Below, piece by piece: positions 1 to 9,478 of a DNA stretch of 47,477 nt (its first letter is position 1; each line of letters begins with the position of its first letter). The notes under the pieces were generated by a model. The model worked only from the letters and a program-made list of their open reading frames with translations, was not told where the DNA came from and did not search any database. A program made the position numbers and the translations under genes. This DNA is from a virus: IMG/VR virus record IMGVR_UViG_3300045988_091556; one strand, 5' to 3'.

Positions 1-99
1 GCAGAAACCCGTCGAAATACTGGAGAAGCTGCTGGACAATACCCAGTGGGCCGAGGGCGTCCTCGACACCTTCGGAGGATCTGGCACGACGCTGATCGC
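1..99. repeat. Terminal direct repeat, copy 1 (overlap of a circular or circularly permuted assembly)
   Basis: Read by eye as identical to 47379-47477 (gcagaaacccgtcgaaatactggag...ggcacgacgctgatcgc). Confidence 0.9.
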
Positions 100-265
100 G
101 GCAGAGAGCGTCGGGCAGCAGGCGTTCCTCATGGAAATGGAGCCCGCATTTGTGGACACGATCGTGAGGCGCTACATAAGAGCCACCGGGAAAACAACCG
201 GGATCCGGCTCATAAGGAAAGGATCTGAGCAGCCCCGTGAGGTATTCGAGGGGATATTTGAGTAA
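1..265 (+). CDS. C-terminal end of the ParB-N-domain/DNA methyltransferase fusion, continuing 46309..47477 across the circular junction
   Basis: Frame 2 continues QKPVEILEKLLDNTQWAEGVLDTFGGSGTTLIAAE (AdoMet motif I FGGSGTT) to TAA at 263-265. Bases 1-99 duplicate 47379-47477. Confidence 0.85.
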   Translation, partial: QKPVEILEKLLDNTQWAEGVLDTFGGSGTTLIAAESVGQQAFLMEMEPAFVDTIVRRYIRATGKTTGIRLIRKGSEQPREVFEGIFE

Positions 266-290
266 ATGAGACTGAAAGGAGGCGGGGCCC

Positions 291-791
291 ATGGGGCACA
301 AAAAACAGGCGGCGGGAGGAAAGCGGCCGAAGGAAACCGACGCAATAAAGGAGAAGCTGCAGCACTATGCGACCTTCCAGCGCCGGATCGAGAATAAGAT
401 CGAGCGGCTCGTGTATCTGGAGTCCGTCATGGGCTCACCTTCCAGCCCGAACCTCTCCGGTATGCCGGGAGGCAGCGGAGACGGAACCAGTAAAACGGAA
501 AGGCAGGTCGTCCAAAAAGATGAACTTACTCAGGCGATCAATGCCATGCAGCAGGAGGAATACGACGAGCGCATGGAGCTGGAGCTGCTGATCGGGAAAA
601 TGAAAAACCCGGACGAACAAACCGTCATTGAAATGCGATACTTCGATCATGCACGGTGGTGGGCGGTAAGCGCTGCCCTGTTCGGGGATATGGAGGACTA
701 CGAAGAACACGAAAAGCGGTACCTAAAGCGGACATTTAAGATCCATGGCTCTGCTTTGCAATCGCTGGCGAAAATATACGCACAGAAATAA
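291..791 (+). CDS. Putative late-gene transcriptional activator with a sigma-70 region-4-like domain (ArpU/RinA/DUF1492-type)
   Basis: GGAGG RBS. C-terminal DEQTVIEMRYFDHARWWAVSAALFG resembles a sigma region-4 HTH. Sits just upstream of the packaging genes, as RinA/ArpU genes do. Confidence 0.45.
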   Translation: MGHKKQAAGGKRPKETDAIKEKLQHYATFQRRIENKIERLVYLESVMGSPSSPNLSGMPGGSGDGTSKTERQVVQKDELTQAINAMQQEEYDERMELELLIGKMKNPDEQTVIEMRYFDHARWWAVSAALFGDMEDYEEHEKRYLKRTFKIHGSALQSLAKIYAQK

Positions 792-801
792 GAATATTTC
801 A

Positions 802-844
802 GCGCCCGCTAAAAGCCACAACAGGCTGGAAGCGGGCGTTTTTT
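802..844 (+). terminator. Rho-independent terminator after the activator gene
   Basis: Stem cgcccgct (803-810) pairs with agcgggcg (831-838), followed by T6 (839-844). Confidence 0.6.
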
Positions 845-980
845 GTCCACAGGCAGCAGGAGGACAATGTGGAAAACGGGGCAAAAATAAATATTAAATT
901 TTTATTAACAAAATAATGGAGTCCAAAATGCTGCCTAAAAATGGCCGCAAACGCCCATTTTATCAGTGTTTCCGGGGCGA

Positions 981-1040
981 GGGGATAAAAGGGGATAAAA
1001 AGGGATAAAAGGGGACAAAAGGGGATAAAAAGGGATAAAC
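981..1040. repeat. Six tandem 10-bp repeats GGGGATAAAA (helically phased A-tracts)
   Basis: ggggataaaa ggggataaaa agggataaaa ggggacaaaa ggggataaaa agggataaac, with an exact 10-bp register, preceded by an AT-rich patch at about 880-935. Confidence 0.9.
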
Positions 1041-1132
1041 CCATGTGCTACACTATAAGACAGCGGAAACCGTCTGGAGACACTGCAAGTCTCCGGGCGG
1101 TTTTTCCGTTTCCGAAGGAAAGGAGGCGGGCC

Positions 1133-1825
1133 ATGAGCGACCTATTCAGGACAGGCCCGGCCCGGAGAACAAGCGGCAGCTTTACTGTCTCCTACTCTGG
1201 AGCGGGCGACATAGTGAAAAGGATCCAGAAGCTAAAAGACGGCGGCGAAGTGGCGATAAAGCGAACGGTATCAGACTTCACGAGCAGAGGCCCCGGCTGG
1301 GTGTCCAAAGGGATCCGCGAGCACTACGGCGTAGACACCGCGGCCATAAAGGACGCAGCCAAGAAGCCGAAGCGCGGAAGGACTTCGATCCGTGTCGCTG
1401 GCATATCCGTGGACGGGGCAACTCTGGAATATAAGGGCAGAACCCTGACACCGATCCACTTCAAAATGAGCCCAAAAGCCCGGCCTTCTGCACAGCAAAA
1501 GAAGCCGATCAGAATACCGGGCCAACTGATAGCCGGGGGCTCTCCCGTTGCTATGGTAAGGCCACCCAGAAAGTACACTGTAAAAGTGACGATCATAAAA
1601 GGACAGCGTACAGCCATGAGCAGCGACACCTTCCTGACCGCTGGCAAAGGCGGGGCTATCCTTCCGTACCAGCGTACCGGAGAGGGCCGCTCCCCTATCG
1701 AGGCAGTGCGTACCTTGTCCGTGCCGCAGATGATTGACGGCAGAGCCCGCGAGACTATCGAGCAGACAATCAACGAGAAGCTGGGCGAACGCTTCAACCA
1801 CCACATAGAGCAAGCCATGAAGTAA
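1133..1825 (+). CDS. Phage protein resembling lambda gpZ / HK97 gp10 (tail completion or head-tail joining superfamily)
   Basis: ATG at 1133 follows GAAAGGAGG. The C-terminal PYQRTGEGRSPIEAVRTLSVPQMI...IEQTINEKLGERFNHHI has the same layout as lambda gpZ (VMQRVAGKNRYPIDVVKIPMAVP...). I trimmed the start from the ORF-track 1043. Confidence 0.4.
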   Translation: MSDLFRTGPARRTSGSFTVSYSGAGDIVKRIQKLKDGGEVAIKRTVSDFTSRGPGWVSKGIREHYGVDTAAIKDAAKKPKRGRTSIRVAGISVDGATLEYKGRTLTPIHFKMSPKARPSAQQKKPIRIPGQLIAGGSPVAMVRPPRKYTVKVTIIKGQRTAMSSDTFLTAGKGGAILPYQRTGEGRSPIEAVRTLSVPQMIDGRARETIEQTINEKLGERFNHHIEQAMK

Positions 1826-2125
1826 TCAGCAGGAAGGCAAGGACAAGGCACCGGGCAGCAAGGAAAGCCGAGCCCACGAGCGCAGCCACCAAGAAAAAAG
1901 AAAGAAAAGGCCACAACGCAGGGGCACCAAGAGGTAAGGGCACACGGGCCGGAGGCCGAGTCAACCCAAAGGCGAGGCCAAACCAAAACCGGGCAAGCCG
2001 CCCGGAAGGTACTGTGACACTCCGAAAAGCCCTGCGGTGCTGGCGAGCCCAAAACACGCGCAGACTCAGAAAAATTTTTTCAGGCCGTTTCGTTTCGCCT
2101 GACCGCACGGAAAGGAGGTGACGCT

Positions 2126-2704
2126 ATGGCAGAAAATCCGAAACAGAACCTACAAAGCACCGACATTATAGCGAAACTTTTCGATCTTGATGTCCGTCGA
2201 GTGCAGCAGCTCGCAAAGGAGGGTATTCTCCCGGCAGCGTCACAAAGGCCCTACAAGTTTGACCTTCTCCCAACCGTTAAGGCGTACATTCGTTACCTGC
2301 GAGATCGGGCAAATGGGAAAGAGGCCAAAACGGCCGACACTGTAAAGGCTGAGGCCGACAAGCTACGGGCAGAGGCGGATCTGAAACAGAGCAAGGCCAA
2401 GATCGCCGAGCTCCAGCTTAAAGAGCTGGAAGGGAAAATGCACCGCAGCGAGGACGTGGAAGCTCTGACGAACGACCTCGTTTACACCGCCCGCAGCATG
2501 ATAATGGCGCTCCCCGGCCGCCTCGCCATGGACGTTGTGCAGGCAGGCAGCGCCAACGAAGCCTCGGCGCTGATCCGGACTGAGTGCTACAAAATACTGG
2601 ACGAGCTCGCGGGCTATCAATACGATCCCGAAGCATACCGGCGGCGCGTGAGGGATCGCGAAGGCTGGAGCGACGCGCTCGCAGATGAAGAAGCCGACGA
2701 GTAA
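2126..2704 (+). CDS. terS: Terminase small subunit (Nu1-like)
   Basis: N-terminal HTH (IAKLFDLDVRRVQQLAKEGILP), a coiled-coil middle and an acidic tail. Lies immediately upstream of, and overlaps, the GpA-type large terminase. Confidence 0.75.
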   Translation: MAENPKQNLQSTDIIAKLFDLDVRRVQQLAKEGILPAASQRPYKFDLLPTVKAYIRYLRDRANGKEAKTADTVKAEADKLRAEADLKQSKAKIAELQLKELEGKMHRSEDVEALTNDLVYTARSMIMALPGRLAMDVVQAGSANEASALIRTECYKILDELAGYQYDPEAYRRRVRDREGWSDALADEEADE

Positions 2705-4616
2705 GAAAGCCGCCAAGAGGCTGAACGCGGCCATAGGCCCAGCAGTCCAAAACTTCAAACCGCCGGAAGAACTGACGGTGGACGAGTGGGCCGACAAGCA
2801 CCGGCGACTCTCCCCGGAAACCTCAGCAGAGGCAGGCCCGTGGCGCACGTCACGAACCCCATACCTCCGGGAACCTATGGAAGCGTTCACGGATCCCAAA
2901 ATCCGCAAGATCGTCATGGTGGCAGCGTCTCAGGTAGGTAAGTCTGAGCTGGAGCTGAATATAATCGGCTACATCATAGACCAAGATCCGGGCTCTATTA
3001 TTTTTGTGCAGCCAACGCTTGACGACGCCAGAAAGTTTTCCCGCTTGCGTATCGCTCCCATGATCCGAGACAGCAAGGTGCTGAAAGCCAAGGTTTCGGA
3101 TATTAAGGCGAAGGACTCTGGGAACACGATCCTCCAGAAATCCTTCCCCGGCGGTATGCTGACAATCACGGGCTCCAACAGCCCGTCGGCTCTTGCTTCC
3201 ACTCCTGCCCGCTACATTATCGGCGACGAGCGCGACCGCTGGGCGATCAGCGCCGGAACCGAGGGCGATCCGTGGGCTCTGGCAGAAGCCAGACAGACCA
3301 CCTTCTATAATGCGAAGGCCGTCGAGGTATCAACTCCGACAATAAAAGGAGCCTCGAACATTGAAAGCAGCTACTACCAAGGAACACAGGAACGCTGGTG
3401 CCACAAGTGCCCGGAGTGTGGCGAGTATGGCGAGATCATATTCGACCGGATCCACTACAAGCACACTGTCAAAAAGGTGCGCGGGAAAAAGGTGTACAGC
3501 ATAGACGGGCCGATCTCATGGGCCTGTCCGAACTGCGGGTGCCTCGTGCCGGAGGAAACCATGCGCCGACAGCCTGCAAAGTGGATCGCAGAAAACCCGG
3601 ACGCCTACGCTACCGGAGCGCGTTCCTTCTGGCTGAACGCCTTCTCGTCCCCGTGGACACCATGGGAAAAGATCGTCCTCAAATTTTTGCAGGCAAAGGA
3701 CGAACCGCAAAAGCTGAAAGTTGTTTACAACACGCTGCTGGGCGAACTCTGGGAGGATCGCGGCGGCATTATCGACGAGGACACCATGCTGGCCCGCCGC
3801 GAGGACTACGGAACCAATGCAGACGGATCCCCGGTGGAACTGCCGGAGGGCGTGCTTGTGCTGACCTGCGGCGTAGATACACAGGACAACCGGCTGGAAT
3901 ACGAAGTTGTGGGGCACGGCTATTATGGCGAAACATGGGGCATAAAAAAAGGCTACATCATGGGAAAACCGGACACCGACGACGTATGGCAGCAGCTCGA
4001 CGACGTGATCGGTCATGTCTACCGCTTCAAAGACAACAAGCGGGGGCTCAGGATCTCGATCACATGCGTGGACTCTGGCGGCCACTATACGCAGGAAGTT
4101 TACACGCGCTGCCGGGCGCGGAAAAATCAGCGTGTCTTTGCTATCAAAGGAAAAGGCGGCGACGGGATCCCATTCGTCACACCGCCCTCGAAAGTGGCGA
4201 TCAAGGACAACAAGCGGATAACCTGCTGGCTCTATACCTTCGGTGTAGACGCCGGGAAAGAGGCGATCATGTCAAACATAAAGGTGCAGGAGCCGGGAGC
4301 GAAATATTGCCATTTCCCGCGGGGCGAAAGCTACGGGTATGACTCTTATTATTTCAACGGCCTGCTGTCTGAAAAGCTGGAGCTTACCCAGACCAAGCGG
4401 GGCAACCGCTGGGCGTGGGTAAAGATCCCTGGACATGAACGAAACGAAGCCCTCGACTGCCGAAACTATGCACTCGGAGGCTTCCGGATCCTCAACCCGG
4501 ACATGGAGGCGGTGGAACGCAGACTCAGTAACATGCCGGAAAATCCACGGCCAAAAAAGGCTGCAGCACCACAGCGACGCCAGAACAATGCGGTGCAGTA
4601 TTTTGATGAATGGTAA
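2685..4616 (+). CDS. terL: Terminase large subunit, lambda GpA family
   Basis: WADKHRRLSPETSAEAGPWRTSRTPYLREPMEAF and Walker-A-like VMVAASQVGKSE. Zinc ribbon CHKCPECG...CPNCGC. 643 aa. Confidence 0.9.
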   Translation: MKKPTSKKAAKRLNAAIGPAVQNFKPPEELTVDEWADKHRRLSPETSAEAGPWRTSRTPYLREPMEAFTDPKIRKIVMVAASQVGKSELELNIIGYIIDQDPGSIIFVQPTLDDARKFSRLRIAPMIRDSKVLKAKVSDIKAKDSGNTILQKSFPGGMLTITGSNSPSALASTPARYIIGDERDRWAISAGTEGDPWALAEARQTTFYNAKAVEVSTPTIKGASNIESSYYQGTQERWCHKCPECGEYGEIIFDRIHYKHTVKKVRGKKVYSIDGPISWACPNCGCLVPEETMRRQPAKWIAENPDAYATGARSFWLNAFSSPWTPWEKIVLKFLQAKDEPQKLKVVYNTLLGELWEDRGGIIDEDTMLARREDYGTNADGSPVELPEGVLVLTCGVDTQDNRLEYEVVGHGYYGETWGIKKGYIMGKPDTDDVWQQLDDVIGHVYRFKDNKRGLRISITCVDSGGHYTQEVYTRCRARKNQRVFAIKGKGGDGIPFVTPPSKVAIKDNKRITCWLYTFGVDAGKEAIMSNIKVQEPGAKYCHFPRGESYGYDSYYFNGLLSEKLELTQTKRGNRWAWVKIPGHERNEALDCRNYALGGFRILNPDMEAVERRLSNMPENPRPKKAAAPQRRQNNAVQYFDEW

Positions 4617-4628
4617 GGAGGCAACACT

Positions 4629-4898
4629 ATGGCACGAACGAAAGCGACCATACAGCAGGAGCTCGAAACCACGCGCCGGAGGCTGGACGCCTATCTGGAT
4701 CGCGAGGCTGACATGCTGGCAAAGAACGGCGTGCAAAGCTACGGGATCGGCTCCCGCAATATCCAATATTACAGTACCGCCCTGAAAGATATTCAGGACA
4801 TGATCGAGAAGCTCCGCGCCCGGATCCGGGAGCTGGAGGCTGAACTGGAGGGGCGAGCCCCTCGCAGAGCGCTGGGCGTTGTCCCGCGCGACTGGTAA
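4629..4898 (+). CDS. gpW-like head-tail joining protein
   Basis: 89 aa lying between GpA terminase and a lambda-type portal. The pattern SYGIGSRNIQYYS..LKDIQDMIEKL..RIRELE parallels lambda W ([22 protein letters not shown]). Confidence 0.55.
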   Translation: MARTKATIQQELETTRRRLDAYLDREADMLAKNGVQSYGIGSRNIQYYSTALKDIQDMIEKLRARIRELEAELEGRAPRRALGVVPRDW

Positions 4899-5000
4899 AG
4901 GGTAAACGCCGGATCTCTCCGGCTTTACTACGGCACGGCCGAAGGAGGTTTTCGCTCCTTTACTTCCACGGCTGCGCCGTTTTTTATTTCATGCAAGGAG

Positions 5001-6725
5001 GTGAGAAAAATCAGATACCACAAGGAAATGGGAGTGTATCTGCCCGACGACGTGCGGCCACAGAATAAAGGGTACGGGGAAGCTGGGGCCAGCTGGAGAA
5101 AGCGGGCCGTGAAGGGCTTCAATGCTCCCAGTGGATCCTCGCATGAGGACATAGACTTTAACAACTACACCCTACGGCAACGCTCCCGTATGCTTTACAT
5201 GGCCGCCCCCGTCGCCACCTCAGCGATCAAAACCAACCGCACAAATGTGGTGGGTGTCGGCCTGCGGCTGAAAAGCCGGATCGACAGGGAGGTGCTGGGG
5301 CTCACGCCGGAGCAGGCCGAAGAATGGCAGAAAACCACCGAGCGGGAGTTTAACCTTTGGGCGAAAGACAAACGAGCCTGCGACGCTACCGGCATGAACA
5401 ACTTCTACGGGCTCCAGCAGCTCGCCCTTGTGTCGTGGCTCCTATCCGGCGACTGTATCGGACTGATTAAACAGTACCCTGTCACCCGGCTGCTCCCCTA
5501 CTCGCTGCGCGTCCACCTGATTGAGTCAGACAGGATCGCAACACCGGGAGGCTACGGATCCGGGGGATCTGTCACTTATACGACCGGAAGAAACCCGGAC
5601 AACGGGAACACGATCTACGACGGCGTAGAGGTTGACAGCAACGGCATGGTAGTAGCCTATCATATCCGCAGCAACTACCCGTTTGAACTCGGAGCGCCGA
5701 CGACAACATGGGCGCGGGTGCTGGCTTATCAGGAGCACACCGGACTCCCCAACGTGCTGCACATCATTGACACCGAGCGCCCGGATCAGTACCGTGGCGT
5801 CAGCTATCTGGCACAGGTGATCGAGCCGCTGCTCCAGATCCGCAGATACACGGAGTCCGAGCTTATGGCTGCGGTGGTGGAGTCCTTTTATACCGCGTTC
5901 ATCAAGACAGAGGCTCCGACCGACGAGAACCCGTTCAACCAGACGGATCCGGACGTGCCGGGAGAACCGAAAGGCCCCAACGAATACAGCATGGGGCCGG
6001 GCCAAGTCAATGTCATGGCTCCGGGGGAAAGCGTGGAGTTTGCAAACCCAACGCACCCGAACGGCAGTTTTGACAAATTCGTGGCAGCAATCAGCGCACA
6101 GGTAGGCGCAGCTCTGGAAGTTCCCGCGGATCTTCTACTGAAACAGTTTAATAGCTCCTATTCTGCCAGCCGCGCCGCCCTTCTGGAAGCGTGGAAGGCG
6201 TTCAAAATGCGCCGGGAATGGCTGGCAGACGACTTTTGCCGACCGTGCTATGAAGTGTGGATGAGCGAAGCCGTGGCCCGTGGGCGTATCTATGCACCGG
6301 GATTTTTCGACAACCCAACGATCCGCGCTGCATATCTCGGCAGCGAGTGGCTGGGCCCGTCTCAGGGACAGCTCGATCCGGTGAAGGAAATCACCGCAGA
6401 GATCCTCGCGTGCAGCGAGGGCTTTTCCACCCATGAGCAGAGCACGATCCGACTCAATGGCGGTCAGTGGGACGCCAATGTCGAACAGCTCCAGAGGGAA
6501 AACGAAAAGCTCGGAGGCAACGCGCCAGATCCACACCAAAACGGAAGCGGCTCAGGAGGCCCACAGCAGCCGCAAGAAGGCGAGGAACCGGCAGAGGGGG
6601 ACAATAACCCACACAGCCCCGAAAATGCTCGCAGACGGGGCGCTGAGGCCCTGCGTGGCCTTATTATAAGCGAGCAGATCAAACAATCCATACAAGGAGG
6701 GACAGCCAATGAAAGCACCACATAG
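5001..6725 (+). CDS. Portal protein, lambda (gpB) family
   Basis: 574 aa in the syntenic position after gpW-like, with an acidic, Gly-rich C-terminus. The start is uncertain: GTG at 5001 abuts the RBS, and ATG at 5028 is the alternative. Confidence 0.8.
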   Translation: MRKIRYHKEMGVYLPDDVRPQNKGYGEAGASWRKRAVKGFNAPSGSSHEDIDFNNYTLRQRSRMLYMAAPVATSAIKTNRTNVVGVGLRLKSRIDREVLGLTPEQAEEWQKTTEREFNLWAKDKRACDATGMNNFYGLQQLALVSWLLSGDCIGLIKQYPVTRLLPYSLRVHLIESDRIATPGGYGSGGSVTYTTGRNPDNGNTIYDGVEVDSNGMVVAYHIRSNYPFELGAPTTTWARVLAYQEHTGLPNVLHIIDTERPDQYRGVSYLAQVIEPLLQIRRYTESELMAAVVESFYTAFIKTEAPTDENPFNQTDPDVPGEPKGPNEYSMGPGQVNVMAPGESVEFANPTHPNGSFDKFVAAISAQVGAALEVPADLLLKQFNSSYSASRAALLEAWKAFKMRREWLADDFCRPCYEVWMSEAVARGRIYAPGFFDNPTIRAAYLGSEWLGPSQGQLDPVKEITAEILACSEGFSTHEQSTIRLNGGQWDANVEQLQRENEKLGGNAPDPHQNGSGSGGPQQPQEGEEPAEGDNNPHSPENARRRGAEALRGLIISEQIKQSIQGGTANESTT

Positions 6726-7959
6726 CTTGCACATGGGCCCGGCACCGGTAGCGGCTCCCGCAGCCACAGCGACAAAGTTCTGGAACGTAGCAAGCGTCAG
6801 CGAGGACGAGGGCGAGATCACCCTCTACGGCGACGTTATGAGCCAGCAGCCGATCGACTGGTGGACAGGCGAGCCGGAGCCCGGCCTCTATATCACGCCG
6901 GAGGGCTTCATGGAAGATTTGGCGGCCGTGAAGGACAAAGCCCACATCACCGTAAAACTCAACAGCTGTGGGGGCGACCTTTACACCGGGATCGCAATCC
7001 ATAACGCATTGAAAGCGCTCAGCGGCGACGTGAACGTCGTCGTAGAAGGGATCGCTGCCAGCGCTGCCAGCGTGATTATGTGCGCCGGTGATACCGTGAC
7101 CGTGTACCCCGGATCTCTGATTATGATCCACGGCGTCAGCGTCATGCTCTGGGACAGCCTGAACATTCAGGACATGAAGCAGCTCATTAAGGGTATGGAC
7201 GCCAGCGAGCGGGCCGTCGCCGAAATCTACGACGGAAAGACCGGGCTCGGCGTTGATACCTTACGCAGCATGATGACAAAAGAAACGTGGATGACTGGGC
7301 GGGAGGCTCTCGACAAGGGCTTCGCGGACGCCTTAAAGGAGGACGAGGAAGAACCGGACATGAGCATGAGCTCAGATCGGAAAGTCCTCTATGTCAATGG
7401 TGTAAGCCACAACATTGAGGGCTTGCATAATGTACCGGGAACTATCCCGATCCAGAGAAGTGCCAAACCGGCAAAACGTCCGGCGGCAAATAAGAGGCCG
7501 ACCAACAAGGCGGCAACAAAAACAGAAGGAGGTAAAAACCACATGACACTCGAAGAATTAAGGGCACAGGAGCCGGAGCTGGTGAGCCAGATCGAGCAGG
7601 AAGCCCGGAACACGGCCCAGACTCAGACCACCGACGCCGTAGCCGCAGAGCGCCAGCGTCTTGCGGATATTGACTCGATCGCTGCCTCTATCCCGGATCA
7701 GCAGCTTGTCCATGACGCCAAGTACGGGGACAAGCCTTGCACCGCTCAGGAGCTTTGTTTCCGCGTAATGCAGCAGAGCGCGGCGTCCGGGCAGCATTTT
7801 CTCGCAAACTACACGGCAGACGGCGCAGCGTCCGGCACTGCCAAAGTAGGCGCTGCTCCCAATGGCGGCACTCCTGCCAGCAAGGAAGAACAGGACGCGG
7901 CAGACATTCAGGCGGTAGTAAACGCCTATAACGCAAGTAAAGGAGGTACACAGAAATGA
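6709..7959 (+). CDS. Prohead protease (ClpP/S49-like) fused to a scaffold-like C-terminal domain
   Basis: GGDLYTGIAIHNAL...EGIAASAASVIMCAGD...LIMIHG is a Clp/S49 protease core. The C-terminal half is a helical, scaffold-like segment. Sits in the lambda C/Nu3 position. Confidence 0.8.
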   Translation: MKAPHSLHMGPAPVAAPAATATKFWNVASVSEDEGEITLYGDVMSQQPIDWWTGEPEPGLYITPEGFMEDLAAVKDKAHITVKLNSCGGDLYTGIAIHNALKALSGDVNVVVEGIAASAASVIMCAGDTVTVYPGSLIMIHGVSVMLWDSLNIQDMKQLIKGMDASERAVAEIYDGKTGLGVDTLRSMMTKETWMTGREALDKGFADALKEDEEEPDMSMSSDRKVLYVNGVSHNIEGLHNVPGTIPIQRSAKPAKRPAANKRPTNKAATKTEGGKNHMTLEELRAQEPELVSQIEQEARNTAQTQTTDAVAAERQRLADIDSIAASIPDQQLVHDAKYGDKPCTAQELCFRVMQQSAASGQHFLANYTADGAASGTAKVGAAPNGGTPASKEEQDAADIQAVVNAYNASKGGTQK

Positions 7960-8360
7960 GTAAGAGACTCGACGAAACTCTCGGCACCGTCGGCTATGAT
8001 AACCTGATTAACGGTTTATATCCTCCGGCTGAGCCGTTTTCCGTTGTGATCTGCAAGGGATCCGCTGAGACGACCTACAAGCGCGGCACCGTGCTGGCCC
8101 TGTCCGAAGGAACTGCCAGAGACGGCAAATATGTAATTCTCGGCACGGCGGCAGCCTCCAACGAGACACTGACGGCTAACTGCGTGCTGGCCGAGGACGT
8201 CACCGTGGGAACCGCTAACGACGAAACAGCGGTAGCGTACCGCACCGGCCACTTTAACAGCAACGCCCTGATTATGGACGCTGAGCACACTTTCAGCGCA
8301 GCAGACAAGGAAGCACTGCGCGGCGTGGGGATCCTGATCTCTGACGCGGTAGAAATTTAA
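7956..8360 (+). CDS. Head decoration protein (lambda gpD-like)
   Basis: 134 aa lying between the protease and a gpE-type capsid gene. Typical N-terminal motif of the family (LGTVGYDNLINGLYPP...). Confidence 0.7.
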   Translation: MSKRLDETLGTVGYDNLINGLYPPAEPFSVVICKGSAETTYKRGTVLALSEGTARDGKYVILGTAAASNETLTANCVLAEDVTVGTANDETAVAYRTGHFNSNALIMDAEHTFSAADKEALRGVGILISDAVEI

Positions 8361-8376
8361 GAAGGAGGACAGACAA

Positions 8377-9456
8377 ATGGCTTTTAATTTTTATGATACT
8401 CACACACTGCTGGCTTCCGTCCAGCAGCTCCCGCCTCTGCACACGTTCCTTCTGGATCGGTATTTCCCGACCAATGCGGCGACCGACATTTTCGCCACCA
8501 ACGACGTGCTGGTGGAATACAAGAAAGGACACAAGAAAGCGGCCCCGTTCGTGGCACCCAGAAAGGGCGGGATCACGATCCTGCGCGACGGCTACGAAAT
8601 GAGGCGCTTCACTCCGTCCTATATCGCACCGAAGCGCCCTCTTACCATTGACGACCTGAGAAAGCGCGGTTTTGGGGAGGCACTCTACCCTACCCTTACC
8701 CCTCAGCAGAGACAGGGCGTCATTATGCTGGCCGATCTGGACGAACTGCGCGGCATGAACGCACGACGCAAGGAAGCCATGGCGGCGCAGGTAATCTTTA
8801 CAAACGCCTGCACTATGGACGAGTATGTGGACGACTTCGAGCACTTCGAGGAACGGGAGGTGCGCTACTTCGACGGCGCAAGCAATCCGGCAATCTATAC
8901 CCCTTCCGCTGACTGGACAACGACCGAGGCGTCCGGAAAGCAGATGATCAGCGACATGGCGTCCATGATCTCAATGCTGACCTCTCGCGGGCTCCCGGCC
9001 ACGGACGTGCTGGTGGCTCCTGACGTGGCCGACATTATCCTGAGCAACGAGTGGATCCTGAAGCTGCTCGATAACCGCAACTACCAGATCGGCGGCGTGG
9101 ATCCTGAAACCCTTCCGGCTGGTGCGACAAAGATCTGCCGCCTGAATATCAAGGGCCACATGGTAGACGTGCTCAGCTATGAGGACAACTACACCGAAGT
9201 AGACGGAACCGTGACGCCTTATATCCCGGCGGGCACTATCGCAGTAGGCGCTCCGGCTGCTGGCCGCACGGTGTACGGCGCGATCACTCAGGTAGAGCAG
9301 GCCGACGGCGAGTTCCACACTTACACCAGCATGAATGTGCCGAAGTATCTCAGCGACGCCGCGCACGACGTCCGCGAGGTAACTCTGAAATCCGCACCGC
9401 TTTGTATGCCGAACAACGAGAACCCGTTCATTACAGCCAAAGTCGTGACAGACTAA
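8377..9456 (+). CDS. Major capsid protein, lambda gpE family
   Basis: MAFNFYDTHTLLASVQQLPPLHTFLLDRYFP is the characteristic N-terminus of the Phage_cap_E family. 359 aa. Confidence 0.85.
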   Translation: MAFNFYDTHTLLASVQQLPPLHTFLLDRYFPTNAATDIFATNDVLVEYKKGHKKAAPFVAPRKGGITILRDGYEMRRFTPSYIAPKRPLTIDDLRKRGFGEALYPTLTPQQRQGVIMLADLDELRGMNARRKEAMAAQVIFTNACTMDEYVDDFEHFEEREVRYFDGASNPAIYTPSADWTTTEASGKQMISDMASMISMLTSRGLPATDVLVAPDVADIILSNEWILKLLDNRNYQIGGVDPETLPAGATKICRLNIKGHMVDVLSYEDNYTEVDGTVTPYIPAGTIAVGAPAAGRTVYGAITQVEQADGEFHTYTSMNVPKYLSDAAHDVREVTLKSAPLCMPNNENPFITAKVVTD

Positions 9457-9478
9457 GCACGGCAGAAAGGAGCGCAGC

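Noticed and set aside
981-1040. CRISPR-like array
   Set aside because: The repeats are 10 bp, directly abutting, with no spacers. This is not a CRISPR array.
799-1044. Minus-strand 81-aa ORF (…LFIPFCPLLSLFIPFYPL…)
   Set aside because: Its repetitive peptide is simply the translation of the 10-bp tandem repeat array. It has no RBS and lies in a terminator/promoter-type intergenic region.
1826-2047. Stop-free in-frame extension after the TAA at 1823-1825 (possible readthrough of the gpZ-like gene)
   Set aside because: The region is almost devoid of T, so stop codons cannot occur in any + frame. The translation is low-complexity, and there is no other support for readthrough.
3398-4342. 314-aa + strand ORF in an alternative frame inside the large terminase gene (and similar alt-frame ORFs 1045..1434, 10603..11001, 34129..34599)
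   Set aside because: They are embedded in strongly supported genes, have Arg/Gly-rich translations, and lack RBSs.
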